A stretch of 64,000 nt of DNA from Octopus vulgaris. Taxonomy: Eukaryota. Position 1 is the first letter of the stretch. Every line of letters begins with the position of its first letter. Below, in pieces: positions 1 to 11,500 of the stretch. The position numbers and the translations under genes were made by a program. The stretch is from assembly GCA_951406725.2 (NCBI GenBank), contig OX597815.1, positions 108,128,001 to 108,192,000 on the forward strand. Direction: 5' to 3'. The notes beneath the pieces are model-generated. The model made no database searches and was not told the DNA's origin. It was given only the letters and a program-made list of their open reading frames with translations.

Positions 1-6
1 TATGTA

Positions 7-37
<31 letters not shown>

Positions 38-38
38 T

Positions 39-439
39 CTTTTACTTGTTTCAGTCATTTTGACTGCGGCCATGCTGGAGCACCGCCTTTAATCGAGCAA
101 CTCGACCCCGGAACTTATTCTTTGTAAGCCCAGTACTTATTCTATCGGTCTCTTTTGCCGAACCGCTAGGTGACGGGGACATAAACACACCAGCATCGGT
201 TGTCAAGCAATGTTAGGGGGACAAATGCAGACACACAAACATACACGCACATACATATATATATATATACATATATATGACGGGCTTCTTTCAGTTTCTG
301 TCTACCAAATCCACTCACAAGGCTTTGGTCGGCCCGAGGCTATAGTAGAAGACACTTGCCCAAGGTGCCACGCAGTGGGACTGAACCCGGAACAATGCGG
401 TTGGTAAACAAGCTACTTACCACACAGCCACTCCTGCAC
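39..439 (-). mobile_element. tRNA-derived CORE-like SINE, family 1 (octopus OR-type), full length
   Basis: Minus strand begins GTGCAGGAGTGGCTGTGTGG (A box) ... GGTTCAGTCCC (B box), then CCTTGGGCAAGTG (CORE-like), an internal (TA)n/(TG)n tract and the tail GACTGAAACAAGTAAAAG. About 10 copies in the window. Confidence 0.9.
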
Positions 440-1544
440 ATGTATATATACATATATATGTATATACAGAGAGAGAAAGGAGTGAGGGACAGACAGACAG
501 ATGAACAGATAGATAGAGAGATATAAATACATGTCAGCAAGAAGGCATCCAGTTATAAATTATTGCCATAGAAAAGCTGTCCAGATGATATTGGCATGGA
601 AGGGTGGATGATGGTAAATAAATATTATCTATACATATTCACATATTCACACAACCATACACACACATACATATGTATGCACACACATGGACACAAATAC
701 ACATACACAAGTCATTTGGTTTTTAAAAAATTGATAGAAGCATTTTTAAATGAAATATTGTGTGTGCAGAAGTTGTTAACCATGCAGAAATTTTTATTTG
801 AAATAGGTGATATATTGAAATAAATGTCATCTAATACAAGAAAAAACAGAAATTTACATTATTGATGACTTCTTTATTTACAATATAAGCATAACATATA
901 TGTATACATATGTGTGTGTGTGTGTATGTGTGTATATACAGATGCATAAAAATATGGTCATATACATACACTCATATATATATGCTCATTCACACACATG
1001 CACATGCACTCACAGAGGTGTATATATATATACACACACACACATACACATATAAATAGGTAGATAGACAGGTAAATAGAGAGAGAGAGAGACAGATAGA
1101 TACATACACATAAGCACACATACATGCATACATATCGTCATTGATCAACATCATTTTAACATCCACTTTCTATGCTTCCATGGGTAGGACCAAATTTGTT
1201 GAGGCGAATTTTCTATAGCCATATTCCCTCCCTGTTGCCAATCTTCACCTGCTTCTAAATGTGGCTATAATTCCACATGACCAGACATGTTTTCATGAGA
1301 GATTAGCAACAAAGGAGGCCACTTGTATGACAGTGACACTTGCTTAAAACTACCATACTATTCTCAAAGCCAAGAGACAGTAGCACACACACACACACAA
1401 ACACACAAACACACATATATACATACATGCATACACACACATATACACACATGCATACTCACATACACACACACAAGCACAAACACATATATATACACAC
1501 ACACGCACACACACACATAAACACACATACACACTCACATATAT

Positions 1545-1860
1545 ATATATGTTTTCTTTTGGTTTCCTTGCATGTCTCCTCTGTCATTCTTTTTGTTCCC
1601 AACTTTGAGCCCCCATAAATCCCAAATTTTACTTTAGAATTTATGAGAGCAACTGTCTTTGAAGATTCATACTGTCGTTGAATGCTCGAAATGAGGAGTT
1701 GATAGACAGCTGACAACTGACGAAGGGTCCTTTCTCTGTGTTAACTTGTACTATTTTCCATTTTTTTCTCATTGTTTAAATATTTCACTCATTTTTCCCT
1801 AGTTTGTTTACGTATTCCATGTTATTTGCACCGTTGGTGATGTCCTGTACCCATATATGT
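1545..1860 (+). repeat. Interspersed repeat, possibly a Penelope pseudo-LTR; related to 54640-54830 and 55320-55660
   Basis: Shares CCATAAATCC..AAATTTTA.TTTAGAATTTATG..CAACTGTCTTTGAAGA...GAAATGAGGAGT..AGACAGCTGACAACT with the 55.4 kb copy. Confidence 0.6.
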
Positions 1861-1867
1861 GTGTGTG

Positions 1868-1937
<70 letters not shown>

Positions 1938-3191
1938 CAGGTGTTGGACAAAATAATGGAAACACCTAGATTCATAATTTTGAAATATCTATAAAACTGT
2001 CAAAAGCTTGTTTATTTTTATGCTTATGATTTATTATTAGTGTTGCTTAATATGTTTTGCTAAAATTGCTGTTCCTTTTCAGATATCATCAGAAAAAGGT
2101 AATTAAAATGAGAGATCTATCAGACTTTCAACGAGGTAAAATTGTTGGAGCTCATATGGCAGGCATTAGGGTAATGAAATCAGCCAAAATGGTTGGTGTA
2201 TCAAGAACTACTGTCTCGAAAGTAATAGCAGCCTCTCAGAAATTGGGAAAACCTCCTCATCGAAACAAAACTTCAGAAGAAATCCAAAACTTTCAGATAG
2301 GGACTGCGACAGACTCTTATGCAAATTGTTAGAAGGGATCACAAAAGTGCAGCTCCCAAAATTACTGCAGAGCTTAATGACCACCTTGAGAACCCAATTT
2401 CCACAAAATCTGTTCGCTGGAAGCTACACAAAGCCAGATTTCATGGGAGAGCTGCAATCAGAAAACCACTACTTTCAAAAACAAAGGTTGCAAAGCGTTT
2501 ACAGTGGAGTAAAAACCTACAGAATTGGTCCCTAGAGCAGTGGAAGAATGTTATTTTCTTGGATGATTCATCCTTTACCTTATTTCTGACCACCGGCTGA
2601 GTATGTGTAGAGAGAGCCAAAAGAAGCATTTGACCCAGACTGCCTTCTTCCAACTGTTAAATTTGGAGGAGGATCTGTGATGATCTGGGCAGCTATAGCT
2701 TGGAAATCCGCCAGCCCAATGGTTTGCCTTCATGACAGAATTAATAGTCAAGACTATTTAAGCATTTTATCTGATCAAATTCATCCTATGTTTGCAGAAC
2801 TGTTTCTGGAGGAAAACACAATCTTTCAGGATGATAATGCACCAATTCACACAGCTAAAGTTGTTACTGAATGGCACGAGGAACATTCTAGTGAAGGTGA
2901 ATATCTTATGTGGCCACCAAAGTCCCCAGATCTCAATATTATTGAACATTTATGGTGCATTTCAGAAAAACAAGTAAGGAATCGATATCCTCCACCATCA
3001 TCACTACAAGAACTGGAGACTGTTTTAGCTGAAGAATGGACAAAAATTCCTTTGGAAATAATTCAAACTTTGTACGAGTCCATACCTCATAGAATTCAAG
3101 CTGTAATTACCGCCAAAAGGTCGTCCTACCCCATATTAAAATAAATTAATTTGAAATTTTAAGTTGTTTCCATTATTTTGTCCAACCCCTG
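1938..3191 (+). mobile_element. Full-length Tc1-family DNA transposon (DD36E/Incomer-like), inactivated
   Basis: TIRs CAGGTGTTGGACAAAATAATGGAAACA and TGTTTCCATTATTTTGTCCAACCCCTG, TA on both sides, 1254 bp, inserted in (TA)n. Confidence 0.95.
2108..3144 (+). pseudogene. Tc1-type transposase with one frameshift (about 2260-2320) and an in-frame TGA at 2598-2600
   Basis: HTH start MRDLSDFQRGKIVG; motifs W.NVIFLDDS, MIWAAI, FQDDNAPIH, WPPKSPDLNIIEHLW. Confidence 0.93.
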
Positions 3192-3229
<38 letters not shown>

Positions 3230-3230
<1 letters not shown>

Positions 3231-4444
3231 GGAGTTAAACGCAGGTGTTATTCAAATTCTTTTACTTCTGACACATTTCGAAGATATCACTAATGGAATA
3301 AAATGGTGTAAAATAATGCCATCTTCTCTTCAGGGAAATGAAGAAATGAAACTCGTCAATAAGACATTTTAACAGAAAATGATGGATATGTATAGTGATT
3401 AACTGAACGCTATTAATATTGTTTCAAAAAACGTTAGAAGATATAACGTCAAAGGCAGCCTATAGAAAGAGGAAGGTAAAAAAAGCAATTAAAGGAGAAG
3501 TATATAACTATATGTATATTAAATAAAACCATATAGACTTGGAAAAAGATATAGCTAGTGACTGTAAATGTAAGAAGAAAATTAATGTTTAAATTATATA
3601 TAATGATAGATATCACTTATGTGAACTAAAGGTGTGTTTCTGCCAATGTTTACATCGGTATGCACACTCTATAACTGTGTTTACAAGGGGATTTTTAGAA
3701 AAAAGAATAAAAAGTAGTTCAGAATTACAGAGAAGACAGAATTCCTTGCCTTTGTCATAAGGAATCGAGACTGAGAGAATCAACCAATCTAAATTAAATT
3801 GTTTATTGTGGTCTTTTAGATACCAAATTAATTTACTAAGCCCTGTACTGTTATGTTTATTCCTATCCCTAAATGTGGAGTAATGATTAGAAATTCTTTT
3901 AGATAACTGAGAAGATGAGCTTTCTGTATAAAACTACTTCATTATCCCTATTTTCGTTCTACAGGTAAATCTATGTTTTCCAAAGATAGTTACACTGAAA
4001 ATAAGGTAACTAATAGTAAAACCATTTGGTTAATTATTCGGGATGCAAATTAAATCTAATCTGCCTTTGCAGTTTTGTGAAGCTATTATTAGGAATTTTC
4101 CAAAGAATTACTCTATTATCAACTCTCACACAGTTAGGAATGATTTTTTCCAACACACAAATTATCTAATCACATAGTATTAGTCTGTTCAATAGGGATA
4201 CATTTACTAATACTAACATTCATTTAGCTAATACGATCTATCCCCCTAGAAATATTAATAACAAGGTTATTGCATCTGAAGTCAATTACAATAGAATCAA
4301 GTTTATGTCAAGTAATTCTAAAATTAAAAAATTCTATATACCAGTGTAAAATTACTTCTGGTAACGAAGTATTTCTTATATAGGCAGCTCATCTTCTCAG
4401 TTATCTAAAAGACTTTCTAATCATTACTCTACATTTAGGGATAG
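3230..4444. mobile_element. Penelope-like element remnant (GIY-YIG endonuclease) with internal inversion
   Basis: Plus strand about 4330-4444 reads IYQCKITSGNEV..YIGSSSSQLSKRLSNHYSTFRD (small frameshift). Minus strand 3940-3615 reads SKRISNHYSTFRDRNKHNSTGLSKLIWYLKD...PYDKGKEFCLLCNSE...CKH. 3863-3940 and 4366-4444 are inverted copies. Confidence 0.8.
3261..3343 (-). ncRNA. Minimal type I hammerhead ribozyme motif
   Basis: Minus strand: CTGAAGA-GAAGAT...ATCTTC-GAAA-TGTGTC-AGAAGTAAA, giving core boxes, a 6-bp stem II, a GUC triplet and an imperfect stem I. Confidence 0.75.
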
Positions 4445-5299
4445 ATCAATAAGTATCTGGACTGTTGCTATAGTAACGAAGCTAAAGCACGCAGATTGAA
4501 GCTCCTTGCCACAGATTGACCTTGAACTCTGCTATGCATGTACACTAAGTTATGTTTACAGCAGAGCTTTGAAGGAAGATGTTTAGCGTGTGATCGTCGC
4601 ATTAACCATAACAGAGGAAGTTGAGCAGAGAATCTGCATCAAATTTTGTCAAATCTTGGTGACACCTTCTCAGAAGCCCACACAAGGTTTTCAAAAAGTT
4701 TTCATTGTTCTCGACACATTCAAGAAAATCTTGTGCAGCTGAAACCCGAGTGTCTTTTCGCACAGCTAAAAGCAGTTTTGACACAAACTTGCAAGACACG
4801 CATCTCATACCCAAATCTTCAGTGATAATGGACTGAACTGAATTGTAACTAATCTGAACATCCTCTGATAACTCACAGATGGTGATTCGATTATTTCCCC
4901 CCACAGTTGCACGCACATATGCAATGTTTTACTCAGTTTTATGGGTCTTCCAGAACGTTCGTCAATATCAACATTTTTCGGCCATTTTCGAAACATCTGA
5001 ACCCCTCGTACACTTGTGTGCAGCTCATACACTCCTCTCCATACTCTTTCTGCAACATTGCATTGGTGTCTGACCAGGTATTGCGATAGCAACTTTCTCT
5101 GTCATGGTCAATGGGACGATCACATGCTACACACCTTCGTTTTAAGTACTACTGTAAACAGTGGAAGTGAGCTAAAACATTAAAACTTAGTGTGCATGTG
5201 CAGCAGAGTTCAAGGTCAATCTGTGCCAAATGGATTTACTCTGTATGCTTTAGCTTCGTTACTATAGCAACAGTCCTGATACTTGTTGATCAGACCGCG
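4444..5299 (-). mobile_element. Non-autonomous mariner derivative with about 200-bp inverted arms (two 5' ends)
   Basis: Right terminus ...GATACTTGTTGATCAGACCGCG|TA; left arm GATCAATAAGTATCTGGACTGTTGCTATAGTAACGAAGCTAAAGCA. Minus ORFs give a mariner N-terminus (DERSGRP, NNRITICELS..VQISYNSVQSIITEDLGMR); the plus arm encodes EQRICIKFC. Confidence 0.85.
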
Positions 5300-6143
5300 T
5301 ATACAAAGGTTAAAAAAAGGAGGGGGAATAAAAGCGATGTAGTTCTCCTGATACAGGATGACCTTGCGGGATAATCAAAGAAATTCCCTGGCCAAAATTT
5401 CCCTGAACACCAATGGCAAGTGCTGAAGAAGATAACAAAGAAGATGAACAATATCATTCCTTTCATTTGGCTGCAAAACCAAACATACAATACAAAATTG
5501 TATTGTGCAGAGGGGCTATAAATCACGTAGATGTATATATGTACATGTAATAGAGTAAGGGAATCATGAAGAAATTAGTCAAAATGCTTTTAGTATTATT
5601 TACCTTTATATTCTATGGTTGTAGCAAAACAGAAAAAAAAATCGTGTTTAATTTCATGTTTTTAAGTTCAAATTCAGTGGAGTGTATGATGTTTAAGTAA
5701 AGGAAACAAGTATGTAAAATAAAAATAACATTTTGTTTCAATTGTTTAAAAAAAGTCACTGTACAAGTGTTTGTGTTGCCAATCCTCTAAGAAATTTTCT
5801 GTGAATTGCACTAACATGATTTTCAATCGTTCAGTTTTTTTCTTGTTTCACAAACAACAACAGATTCCCAACCCTATCCTCTTATAATTTGAATGATTTG
5901 AGAATTACTGTCAAGAGTTGCTATAAACACAAGATAATGATTATCTGAAATACAACATCCTTAATATGAATAGGTGCAGACATAGTTGTCTGGTTATGAA
6001 GTTTTATTCACAACTACATTACTGGACGATTTTGATCTGCTATTGATATAATTGTGTTTTTAAACACAGTACACCCATAAGAAATATTATCTCTGAACAA
6101 ATACTGCAGTAAATTTTAAAACTTTTGTTATGTATATAGCATA

Positions 6144-6540
6144 GGTGTAGGAGCGGCTGTGTGGTAAGTAGCTTGCTTACCAACCACATGGTTCCAGGAT
6201 CAGTCTCACTGCATGGCACCTTGGGCAAGTGTCTTCTACTATAGCCTCGGGCTGACCAAAGCCTTGTGAGTGGCTTTGGTAGAAAGAAACTGAAAGAAGC
6301 CCGTCGTATGTATATATATATATGTGTGTGTGTGTGTTTGTGTGTCAGTGTTTGTCACCCCCAACATCGCTTGACAACTGATGCTGGTGTGCCTACACCC
6401 CTGTAGGTTAGCGGTTCGGCAAAAGAGACCAATAGAATAAGTACTAGGCTTACAAAGAATAAGTCCGGAGATCGATTTGCTCAACTAAAGGCGATGCTCC
6501 AGCATGGCTGCAGTCAAATGACTGAAACAAGTAAAAGAAA
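6144..6540 (+). mobile_element. SINE family 1, full length
   Basis: A/B boxes, CCTTGGGCAAGT, internal TA/TG tract, same tail as 39-439. Confidence 0.9.
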
Positions 6541-7109
6541 AAGAGAAAAGAGACATACAATAATTATGATGAACAGAAGGCAATTTTAATCTAATACTGT
6601 TTCTGCTGCATATATTATTTTTTAATATTGTCTGATGGACAGCTAACTACAACACCTCTGATTGTTCAGTCACTCTTTTCCTATGTCATGTCAGTAGTGA
6701 CTTATTGTGCCTTAGCATGTCATTGACAGCAGTACAAGCAACTGACAAAGCTCAATGAGACAGAAATGCACATCTAGCATCTTCATTGCTACTTCTGGAT
6801 GATTTTCATTTGAAAATGATAAATTTGTATTTTTGAACACAGTTTATCCTTAAGAGGTATAATCTTCATATGAGAACCTCAGTAATTTTACATTTTCTGT
6901 GGATACACAGCTGTGTATATATATATATATATACAAGCGAGGGTATGACAGGTATTGGTATGTAGAAGACCCAAACAGTGGCAGGTAACGCTTAGTAAGT
7001 GCTATAGACAGACCGAAGTTAAACTCTTGGTTCAATAGTGATACAAGTAAGGAGTCTAATTCGGGTCTTATATTAGCTAATAATATATATATTATTAGCA
7101 TGATATATA

Positions 7110-8178
7110 TATTAGACAAAATGAGATAATAAAGCTGAGGCTGTGAGGGGTTTTCAGGACATTTATGAGCAAAAAGATATAAATATAGTCTTACAGCTGT
7201 TTCTGGGATATTATGGATATCCCTTCATCAAAAACGATGTGAGATGGTGAAATAGAGGTAAATATTTGAGTTTGAAATAAGGAATTATTATGCAAAAGAA
7301 GGATATAGGGAATATAGAGGAAAATAAAAGAATGAAAGTAGAAGTGAAATATAAAATGTATAAAAATGTTGTAGTTGCAGTTATATTATTTGAGGAAAGT
7401 GGTGTATAGAAGTGGTAAATAAGTTTCCTGTACATGGTATGTAAGTTAAAATAGTAGTTCATGTTTAGTCATTTCAAAGTATGGAGCCATGGATTCTGTT
7501 TTGTTCATTCGAAAGGGTTTGTGGTGTGAATGAAAATTTGAGAATGTATTGGTAGTATTTGTGGATAGATGGTGGGGAGAGATGTGTATGAATAGAATGA
7601 GGAGATAGGTCAAAATGAAAATAGCAAAAGAGTGAAGACAGGGTGAAAGAAGTGAAAAAAGAGTGTTAGTTGGTGGTCAAGATAATGTGAGGGGAGGATG
7701 GGAGAGGAGTGGGGAAGGATAGGAAGAGATGAGAAGGTAAGGAGTGAATAAGTGTGAGATATGTGAGTAGGGGTGATGTGATAAATTTGCATTAAGAGGT
7801 GGTTAGACAAAAGGTTAGGGTGGGGTTTTAGTAGTAAAATTTAAAGTGGAGGGAAGAATACAAGTATGTCAATTTTCTATAAATAGACTTATGTGATTGT
7901 ATAGGTTAGTGTGATAGTTGGGAATCAGAGAAGTGGAAAATGGGTATAATGACATACATACGCATGCACACATATCTGTGCATATGCATACATACATATA
8001 CACATACATGCACATACATATGCACAGGCTTACACACAGTTACATGCTGCACACATGCATACAGGTGTATATGCATACCTATATACACATACACACACTC
8101 ACTCATATATTTATATATACATATGCAAGTACATATACATACACACACACACATATATATATGTATATATATACATAC

Positions 8179-8234
<56 letters not shown>

Positions 8235-9510
8235 GCACATACATATATAAACCCACATACATATACAAATTTACACACACACATGTATCCACTTGAATGT
8301 CCATATATTTAGTATTAAATGACTGAAATCCTTAAAGTAAGATATGGGAGTTAAAAAATTAAAGTTTAAAAATTAAGATGGAGATAAAGGAAAGTCAATT
8401 AGGGTTGTTGAGGATTACCTAATGGGTGTTGTGGATATATGCTGTGTGGTTATTTAGGTTGCATTTAGACTTGTGGTAAAATTTGAAGGTATGAAAAATT
8501 GGTGGTTTTTATTTAGGAGTGTTGAGGAGTTATGTTTTAATATGTGGAATACCTCTTTTAGGCATACTTACAGGCTAAGCATTGACTTTGGTATGGAAGC
8601 CCTTAATCTATGATGGACAATGACAAAATGTGGGGAATATTTCTATTTTTGAGATGATGTATGTGACTGGCATGTGTTGTTAATTTACTGTGTTTCTCAT
8701 ATCTAAAAGAATTGAGATGAGTGGCATATCACTATTCAAAATTTATGGTTGATCCTATATATATTTAGCAGTAGAATTGCGTAATGTGTTGAGGATGGTG
8801 AATTTATAAATTACATTAGATCTTCTACAGGGGGAAGATGGATCCAGGATGGCAGTTACAAGTGGGTGTACTTTGAGGATTATTTTCAGGAATAGAGAAG
8901 ATAATATTGTCAGAGGAGAGGTTAGAGATGGGGTACAAAGGTCTCAGTTTTCACATATTTTTCTCACTTTTTTCCCCTCTTTCTTCCTCTATTTTTTCTT
9001 CCTATTTTCATTTTGATCTATCTCCTCATTCTAATCATACATGCCTCTCCCCACCATCTATCCACAAATACTACTGATACATTCTCAAATTTTCATTCAC
9101 ACCACAAACCCTTTCGAATGAACAACACAGAATCCATGGCTTCATAGTTTGAGATGACTAAACATGAACTACTATTGCAACTTACATACCATGTACAAGA
9201 AACTTTTTTACCACTTCTATACACAACTTTCCTTGATTAATGGTACTGAAACTACAATATCTTTATATAATTTATATTTTATTTCTACTTTCATTCTCTT
9301 ATTTCCCTTTGTATTCCCTATATCCACCGTTTCCGTAATAATTCTTTATTTCGAACTCAAATATCTATCTCTATTTCACCATCTCACATCGTTTCTGAGG
9401 AAGACGATATCCATGATATCAACTGTAAGACTATATCTATATCCTTTTGCTCATAAATGTCCTGAAAACTCCTCACAGCCTTGGCTTTGTTATCTCATTT
9501 TGTCTAATAC
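7110..9510. mobile_element. Penelope-like element remnant bounded by about 500-bp inverted pseudo-LTRs (7110-7620 and 9003-9509)
   Basis: The arms give homologous ORFs MNYYFNLHTMYRK (minus) and MNYYCNLHTMYKK (plus). Degenerate GIY-YIG C-terminal sequence on minus at about 8460-8640. Each arm has a hammerhead motif. Confidence 0.75.
7188..7236 (-). ncRNA. Minimal hammerhead ribozyme motif (first core C mutated); partly deleted second copy at 9391-9431 (+)
   Basis: Minus strand GTTT-TTGATGA-A-GGGATAT-CCATA-ATATCCC-A-GAAA-CAGCTG-TA-AGAC: perfect 7-bp stem II, palindromic CAGCTG, GUA triplet. The other copy keeps CTGAGGA. Confidence 0.7.
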
Positions 9511-9537
9511 ATATACGTATATATATATATGCACATA

Positions 9538-9850
9538 TGTGAGAGTGCATAGCTTAGTGGTTAGGGTGTTGTACTCACGATATAGTGATCAAGAATTCAG
9601 TTCCTAGACTGGGTGGTGCATTGTGTTCTTGAGTAAACTGCTTCATCTTTCATTGCTTTGGGATCACTTCAACACCTGATGCATGGTACACTGTACACCT
9701 GTTCAGACAAAGTTGATTTGATAGAGAGAGAGAGAGATAGCTAATGTGTGGCACAAACATTTGATCAGTATAAACAAATCATTTATGCTGGTCGTTTGGC
9801 AAAATGTTGAATGCCCCTACGTTGTCTTCAATGGGAGGGTCCATCATATA
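9538..9850 (+). mobile_element. tRNA-derived SINE, family 3; other copies at 19710-20005 (-) and a related one at 15230-15535 (-)
   Basis: Head TAGCTTAGTGGTTAGGGTGTT...TTCAGTTCC, then TTGTGTTCTTGAG; homologous in reverse to 19710-20005. Confidence 0.7.
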
Positions 9851-9955
9851 CATACATCCAAATATACACACATGTATGTATATAGAAACATATATATACA
9901 TATGCATATACAAATACACAATTGCATATATGTATATATACAACTTTCTAAGCAT

Positions 9956-10215
9956 TCTTATTGCCCATCTCTTTATAAATCCCAATCATCATCATCATCG
10001 TTTAACGTCCACTTTCCATGCTAGCATGGGTTGGACGATTTTGACTGAGGGCTGGTGAACTAGACAGCCGCACCAGGCTCCAATATTGATCCTGGTGCGG
10101 CCATCTGGTTTGCCAGCCCTCAGTCAAAATCGTCCAACCCATGCTAGCATGGAAAGTGGACGTTAAACGATGATGATGATGATGATTGGGATTTATAAAG
10201 AGATGGGCAATAAGA
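9956..10215. repeat. Inverted duplication (about 120-bp arms, 13-bp spacer) of an RTE 3' tail plus flank
   Basis: TCTTATTGCCCATCTCTTTATAAATCCCAATCATC...CCGCACCAGG versus CCTGGTGCGG...GATTGGGATTTATAAAGAGATGGGCAATAAGA. Confidence 0.95.
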
Positions 10216-10346
10216 TGTAGAGATAAATGTGGCTAGATTCATTTAGTTCTATATTATCATATAATTATCGTATATTTGCTGTTTTTGCATTTAAACTCAT
10301 TCTTGACATATAGAAATGTACAGGAGTACTTTCATACCTAAACGCA

Positions 10347-10411
<65 letters not shown>

Positions 10412-10461
10412 GTTACAACGGCATAGTCTACATGCAAATTAATATACAAGATTGCCAGCTC

Positions 10462-10662
10462 TATCTGGCACCTGTGCAGGTGGCATGTAAAAAGCACCCA
10501 CTATACTCACGGAGTGGTTGGCGTTAGGAAGGGCATCCAGCCGTAGAAACACTGCCAAATCTGACTGGGCCTGATGAAGCCTTCCGGCTTCACAGACCCC
10601 AGTTAAACCGTCCAACCCATGCTTGCATGGAAAGCGGACGCTAAATGATGATGATGATGATT
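10462..10662 (+). mobile_element. Short 3' fragment of the RTE LINE (TGA-tailed); one of more than a dozen in the window
   Basis: Matches 53905-54110 (GGAGTGGTTGGCGTTAGGAAGGGCATCCAGC...AACCCATGC..GCATGGAAA..GGACGCTAAATGATGAT). Similar pieces near 14060, 17100, 17600, 20375, 22500, 24920, 25960, 44130 and 61060. Confidence 0.85.
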
Positions 10663-11500
10663 TAAATGCAAAAGTGATGTAAGTTCCAACTTCAATATCT
10701 TGTTTCTTTAAAGTTACTACTTCAAGAAATTCGGGGAATCTGAATGATATAGTAAATAAAAAAAATCACCCTTTTGGATATATGTTTTAACTGTCACACT
10801 TGTATGCTTTATAAGTTTATGCTTACATATTGATATGAATTTAGAATTCCTGTTTAAAATCGAATCCTTGACAAAAATGATTTCCAATGCTTCTATGATA
10901 CATAAATTTCAAGGCCTTTTATTACTGTCATAAAATTTGTTTGACTTTTGTAAAAATTTTCAATTGGATGTTGTACTAGATGCTTTTAACCTTTGGATAC
11001 ATGCTGAAAGTTACGTCAGATTTAAAAATAAATTAGTTTGAGGATGATGTCAAAACTTTAATCTATTGTCTGTTAAGCTTATATAAGATTTATTCATGAT
11101 GGAAGTTTTGTAAACTGTTATAAACTCATTAATTAGGCAAATCTCTTCTGAATTATTCCTGTTAACACTGTTAAATCTGTGTTATAGCCACTATCAATGT
11201 AATCAGTACTCTTACAATTCCTATTTGTTAATTTAGCTACCTTCAATGTTGCATAACACATTCCTGCAAATTATATTACAATATCTACATTCTGCTGAAA
11301 AATGTGACTCTTCACTCCTAAATAGTGGATTATACCAAATAATGTGCCTAGGCCTATTCCTCTATCTCCTACATTCGTAGTTAAAATAACATAGATTCTC
11401 CGTAAAATCACTTCAAGCCAATGTTTTATTAAAATAGGTTAACTGATCCATAAAAATGAGCTAAGTTACTAACAAGAGAGATTTTCTCAATGAAATATTT

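Noticed and set aside
6144-6220. tRNA-like sequences with A and B boxes
   Set aside because: They are SINE heads continuous with SINE bodies and do not form a full cloverleaf.
7906-8312. Many YI/HT/CV-rich ORFs here and throughout the window
   Set aside because: Translations of (TA)n, (CA)n and (TACA)n tracts.
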